A stretch of 64,000 nt of DNA, from the NCBI GenBank assembly GCA_963813155.1, contig CAWEYG010000001.1, forward strand, positions 480,001-544,000, read 5' to 3'. The position numbers and the translations under genes were made by a program. This DNA comes from an uncultured Acidobacteriota bacterium (lineage in GTDB: Bacteria; Acidobacteriota; Thermoanaerobaculia; UBA5066; DATFVB01). The number at the start of each line of letters is the position of its first letter. The stretch's first letter is position 1. Positions 59,601-64,000 of the stretch are shown one piece after another. The notes beneath the pieces are model-generated. The model did not search any database, was not told the origin of the DNA, and saw nothing but the letters and a program-made list of their open reading frames with translations.

Positions 59601-60953
59601 CTACAATCGACCCGAATTGCCGCCGCGGCGAAACAGGAAATACAGCGGGACGCCGAGCGCGATGAATCCCAGGCCGAGCAGCGACTCGCGCGGCCTCTGC
59701 ACGATCGTGCTGATCATGAGACCGAGCGCCGCGGCCACGAATACCGCCGGCGTCACCGGGTAGCCGGGAACGCGAAACGGCCGTTCCAGGAGCGGTTCTT
59801 TCCGCCGAAGCACGAACACGGAGGCGACGGTCATCCCGTAGACGAGCCAGCCTCCGAAAATCACGTACGTGAAGAGCTGGGAGAATCCGCCCATGAACGC
59901 GACGAGCAGGCTCGACCAGATTCCCTGGAGGGCGATCGCGGCGGCCGGCGAGCGGAAACGGGGATGCACGCCCCCGAGACCCGCCGGCAGCAGTCCGTCG
60001 CGGGACATCTGAAAATAACTTCGCGGTCCCGCGAGGATCGAGCCGTTCATCGCCCCGAGAATCGAGCACACGATCGCGGCGGTCAGCGCCCGGACGCCCC
60101 ACGGCCCGGCGACCTTCGCGATCGCCGCGATTCCCACACGCGGCGACGCCGCCATCTCGGGAATGGTCATGACGCGGAAATACGCGGCGTTCGCGGCGAG
60201 GTAGAGACCGATGATCAGGAGCTCGCCGAGCACGACCCCGAGCGGAAAATTCCTTCTCGGATCGCGGACTTCGCCGGCCACGAAACTCGCGTCGTGCCAT
60301 CCTTCGTAGCCCCAGAAAACGGCGACGAACGCGATGCCGATCGCAGCAAGGCCGGTCGGCCCGCCCGCCGGGACGATGGCGGCCTTCGCCTCGTGCGCCG
60401 GCAGAACGAAGATCGCGATCGTCATTCCCACGAGGCCCGTAATCTTCAACGCCGAGAGCGTGTTCTGGACGGCCGAGCCCGCGCGGATTCCCAGGATGTT
60501 CGCGCCCGTCAGGGCGAGAATCCCGAAAATCGAGATGGCGCGCGACTCCCGGGGCGACAGGGAGAAGAAGGCGCCGAGGTAGATCGTGAGCGCGACGGCG
60601 AGAGTCGCGATCGCGCCGGACGTGATGACGGTGAACATCGTCCACCCGCAGAGAAAGCCCGCCAGCTTTCCGTAGGCGCGGGAAAGATACGTGTACAGGC
60701 CTCCGGGCGAGGGAATCGCGGCGCCGAGCTCGGCCATCGAGAGCACGCCGAGCATCGTCAGCAACCCGCCGAGGGCCCAGATGCCGAAGATGAGCGGCTC
60801 GGAATGAACGACGCGGGCGATCTCGGAAGGAACGAGGAAGATGCCGGAGCCGATCACCGTTCCGACGAGGAAGAGCGCCATGTCCCACGGGCCGAGCACC
60901 CGCAGCAGGCCGTGATCGGGCTCGGCGGGATGGGCGGGCGTCGCGAGCTTCAT
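59601..60953 (-). CDS. APC family amino acid permease
   Basis: GTVIGSGIF, AELGA.IP.PGG.Y, W.YEGW, RPFRVPGYP. Confidence 0.93.
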   Translation of the reverse strand: MKLATPAHPAEPDHGLLRVLGPWDMALFLVGTVIGSGIFLVPSEIARVVHSEPLIFGIWALGGLLTMLGVLSMAELGAAIPSPGGLYTYLSRAYGKLAGFLCGWTMFTVITSGAIATLAVALTIYLGAFFSLSPRESRAISIFGILALTGANILGIRAGSAVQNTLSALKITGLVGMTIAIFVLPAHEAKAAIVPAGGPTGLAAIGIAFVAVFWGYEGWHDASFVAGEVRDPRRNFPLGVVLGELLIIGLYLAANAAYFRVMTIPEMAASPRVGIAAIAKVAGPWGVRALTAAIVCSILGAMNGSILAGPRSYFQMSRDGLLPAGLGGVHPRFRSPAAAIALQGIWSSLLVAFMGGFSQLFTYVIFGGWLVYGMTVASVFVLRRKEPLLERPFRVPGYPVTPAVFVAAALGLMISTIVQRPRESLLGLGFIALGVPLYFLFRRGGNSGRL

Positions 60954-60960
60954 CGGGCGA

Positions 60961-61143
60961 TCACTCCGATCCGTCGGCGCGCCCGACGTCGAGCCGCCGC
61001 CCGTCTTCGTCGCCCGAGATCCGCACGAGCCACGGGTTGCAGCAGATCTCGCAATCCTGGACGAGCGAGCCGTTCACGTCCGGCTCGAAATGGACTTCGA
61101 CTTCCTCGCCGCAGTACGGGCACGTCACGAGAAAGTCGTCCAT
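60961..61143 (-). CDS. CPXCG-motif cysteine-rich protein
   Basis: CPYCGE...QDCEICCNPW. Confidence 0.88.
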   Translation of the reverse strand: MDDFLVTCPYCGEEVEVHFEPDVNGSLVQDCEICCNPWLVRISGDEDGRRLDVGRADGSE

Positions 61144-61147
61144 CGAC

Positions 61148-61645
61148 TCAGATCTCGTTCCAGTTCACCCGGGGAATCAGGATTCGCGCGACGTTCTGAA
61201 GGCCCTTTCGGTCCTCTTCGTCGAAGCGGTTTTCCTTCGGAGCGTCGACGTCGAGGACGCCGGCGAGTTTGCCGTTCGCGACGAGCGGAACGACGATCTC
61301 GGAGCGCGACGCCGCGTCGCACGCGATGTGGCCCGGAAACGCGTTGACGTCGGGCACGACGAGCGTTTCCCGCTTCGCGGCCGCCGTCCCGCAGACGCCC
61401 TTCCCCATCGCGATCCGCACGCACGCGGGCCGCCCCTGGAAAGGCCCGAGCACGAGCTCGCTCCCGCGCAGGATGTAGAAACCCGCCCAGTTGATCCCGG
61501 GAAGCGCCTCCCAGATCAGGGCCGCGGCGTTCGCGAGATTCGCGAGCGAGTCGGGCTCGTCGCCGATCAGGGCCTCGAGAGACGCGGGCGAGCTCGCGTA
61601 GAGCTCCGGTTTCGGGACGGAGCGATCGAAGGAGGATTCGTGCAC
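61148..61645 (-). CDS. msrC: GAF-domain free methionine-R-sulfoxide reductase
   Basis: NWAGFY, LGPFQG.PAC, GVCG, FPGHIACD..SRSEIV. Confidence 0.92.
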   Translation of the reverse strand: MHESSFDRSVPKPELYASSPASLEALIGDEPDSLANLANAAALIWEALPGINWAGFYILRGSELVLGPFQGRPACVRIAMGKGVCGTAAAKRETLVVPDVNAFPGHIACDAASRSEIVVPLVANGKLAGVLDVDAPKENRFDEEDRKGLQNVARILIPRVNWNEI

Positions 61646-61654
61646 GCGAAGATC

Positions 61655-62098
61655 TTAGCGCGAAGAACTTCGCTTCGGCTTCACGTGCGGGTCCCAGAAG
61701 TGGTCGAACGCGAGCCACAGCGCCTTCGCGTGCCGGACGAACAGAATGCTGAAGACCGGCAGCGGCAGGAGCACGACGAGAAGTGTCTGCGTGAGCGTCA
61801 AATGAAAAAACATCGACGACCCGAGCCAGAGGAGCAATCCGAGCACGGAGGTCGCGCCGTAGCCGAACGCCCACGTCGCGAGCAGGAAGTAGCCCGATTC
61901 CCGTTCGTACTGGTACCGGCAGCGGGTGCAGCCCGGAAGAGGGCTCATCCAGCCGGACAGGGAGCGAACGTCCGCGAGCGGAAGAAAGAGGCGGGATTCG
62001 CCGCACGTCGGGCACCGCAGACGCGCCGCGCGGAACAGGAACGTCGCCGCCTTGCGCAGCGAGCGCGGCTCCCTGCCGAGCGAGACGACCTCCGTCAC
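61655..62098 (-). CDS. DUF983 domain protein
   Basis: RCPTCG...LF, C..C...YERE.GYF, two TM, K.LW. Confidence 0.82.
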   Translation of the reverse strand: MTEVVSLGREPRSLRKAATFLFRAARLRCPTCGESRLFLPLADVRSLSGWMSPLPGCTRCRYQYERESGYFLLATWAFGYGATSVLGLLLWLGSSMFFHLTLTQTLLVVLLPLPVFSILFVRHAKALWLAFDHFWDPHVKPKRSSSR

Positions 62099-62104
62099 TC
62101 GCGG

Positions 62105-62272
62105 TTACTTCGGATCGGTCGAGCGCCGTTTCGGAGAATCGGGAACATCCTGCTTTCGGCGATCGGGCCCGTTGCGCCGATCCGGAGCACCGAGCCGGCC
62201 CCAGCGGCGGCGGTCTTTGCCCGTCCGGCGGTCGCCGGGCGGGGGCGAAGTCGCGTCTTCGTCGTCTGCCAT
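62105..62272 (-). CDS. 55-aa DRR-repeat small protein
   Basis: MADDEDATSPPPGDRRTGKDRRRWGRLGAPDRRNGPDRRKQDVPDSPKRRSTDPK. Confidence 0.6.
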   Translation of the reverse strand: MADDEDATSPPPGDRRTGKDRRRWGRLGAPDRRNGPDRRKQDVPDSPKRRSTDPK

Positions 62273-62371
62273 GGGAACCTGAAATCTACGACTTCGCGGG
62301 GCCGCGCGCAATCGGCGGCAGAAGAACCTAATGTCCTTTTCCTCGTACTATGGCGGAATAGAGGAGGACCC

Positions 62372-64000
62372 ATGCACCGGTATGTGATTCTTTTCCTCGC
62401 CGCTGCGGCCGCCACGGCGGTGTTCGCGGCCGAGGCGCCGAAATCCGATCTCGAGGGCCGCCGGAAGGCCCTGAACGACCTGCTCGCCGAGCAGTGGGAT
62501 TACACGATGGAGACGAACCCGGAGTACGCGTCGATCCTCGGCGACAAGCGCTGGAACGACAAGTCGAGCGACAACTCGCTCGCCGCCGTTCAGAAGGACC
62601 TCGTCAAGACCGCGGAATTCCTGAAGCGCTTCCAGGCGATCGACACGACCGGCTTTCCGGAGCAGGAGAAGCTGAACAAGACCCTGATGGTCCGGCAGCT
62701 CGAAGAAGGGCTCGAAGGCGCGAAATTCAAAAACTGGGAGATCCCGGTCGCCCAGAACTACGGCATCCAGATCGAGGCGCCGCGGTTCGTGAACTACCTC
62801 CCGTTCGACACCGTGAAGGACTACGACGACTACATCACCCGCCTGAAGGACCTGCCGAAACAGTTCGAAGACACGATGGACAACATGCGCGCCGGCATGG
62901 CCGACGGCCTCATGCCGCCGAAGTTCCTGCTGGAGAAAGTCGTGCCGCAGGCGGAAGGCATCGCGTCCCAGGACCCGGAGAAGAGCCCGTTCGCGCAGCC
63001 GCTCGCGAAGTTTCCGAAGACGGCTTCCGCCGAAGACCAGAAACGCATTCACGACCAGGTCATCGCCGCGATCCGGGACGCGGATCCTTCCCGAGTACGT
63101 GAAGTTCGCGAAGTTCGTCAAGGACGAGTACGCCCCGAAAGGACGCACCGAAGTCGGGATCTGGTCGCTGCCCGACGGCCCGGCGCGCTACGCGTTCCGG
63201 GTGAAGCAGTCGACGACGACGAACCTGACCGCGGAGGAGATCCACCAGATCGGCCTGAAGGAGGTCGCGCGGATCGAAGGGGAAATGCAGAAGATCGCGA
63301 AGAAGAGGGGTTTCGCGGACATGAAATCCTTCAACGACGCGCTCGCGAAAGACCCCGCCCACCACGGCCACTCCCGCCAGGAGTTCATCGACCTCTACAC
63401 GAAATACATCGACCAGATGTCGGCGAAGCTCCCGCAGCTCTTCGGGCGGCTGCCGAAGGCGAAGGTCGTCGTGAAGCCGACGGAGGAGTTCCGCGAAGCG
63501 ACGGCTTCGGGCGCCGAGTACAACCAGGGAACGCCTGACGGTTCGCGGCCGGGCACGGTCAACGTGAACACGAGCGACTTCGCGAAGCGCACGACGATCA
63601 ACGTGGAAACGACCGCGTACCACGAAGGCGTGCCGGGACATCACATGCAGATCTCGATCGCGCAGGAGCTGCCGACGATTCCTCCCTTCCGCCAGCAGGG
63701 CGGCAACGGCGCCTACGTCGAGGGATGGGCGCTCTACTCCGAAGATCTCGGCCGCGACGTCGGGTTCTACCAGGACCCGTACCAGCTCTACGGCCACTAC
63801 CAGGACGAGATGCTCCGCGCGATCCGCCTCGTCGTCGACACCGGATTGCACGCGAAACACTGGACCCGCGACCAGGTCGTGAAGTTCTTCCACGACCACT
63901 CGGGAACCGACGAGGTGGAGGTCCAGAGCGAGACGGATCGCTACATCTCGTGGCCGGGCCAGGCGCTCGGCTACAAGATCGGCCAGCTGACGTTCTCGCG
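62372..64000 (+). CDS. DUF885 family protein (metallopeptidase-like), frameshift near 63085, truncated by window end
   Basis: Signal peptide; IHQIG..EV, YHEGVPGHH.Q, YVEGWALYSE, R.IRLVVDTG.H...W, RY..WPGQA..YKIG. Confidence 0.92.

Noticed and set aside
14520-63100. Single frameshifts in many genes as programmed frameshifting or mass pseudogenisation
   Set aside because: They affect unrelated genes, lack a shared slippery motif and leave both halves conserved, which is typical of long-read indel errors. This cannot be settled without reads.

Overview
High-GC bacterial chromosomal window; gene families suggest a soil Acidobacteriota-like organism (inference). It is mostly accessory genes: peptidases, VOC/DinB/GNAT enzymes, transporters, secreted proteins, a redox cluster, plus class II RNR (nrdJ with tandem NrdR boxes), an A-type Fe-S carrier and phosphoketolase. 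Many genes carry single-base frameshifts, most likely long-read consensus errors, so intactness calls are tentative. No rRNA, tRNA or CRISPR array was seen. Highlights: (1) an AhpD/CMD-like peroxidase split by an in-frame TGA in a CxxU motif followed by a SECIS-like hairpin, a probable selenoprotein; (2) two near-identical IS30 copies, each between two different REP-like hairpins, whose transposase takes its last codons and stop from the right-hand hairpin, bracketing a sensor diguanylate cyclase; (3) a family of at least 5-6 modular, highly structured intergenic elements with terminal inverted repeats, conserved arms and swappable middles that start almost exactly at stop codons; (4) an orphan HTH antitoxin with a palindromic operator, several unannotated small proteins and a 745-aa mosaic secreted protein.
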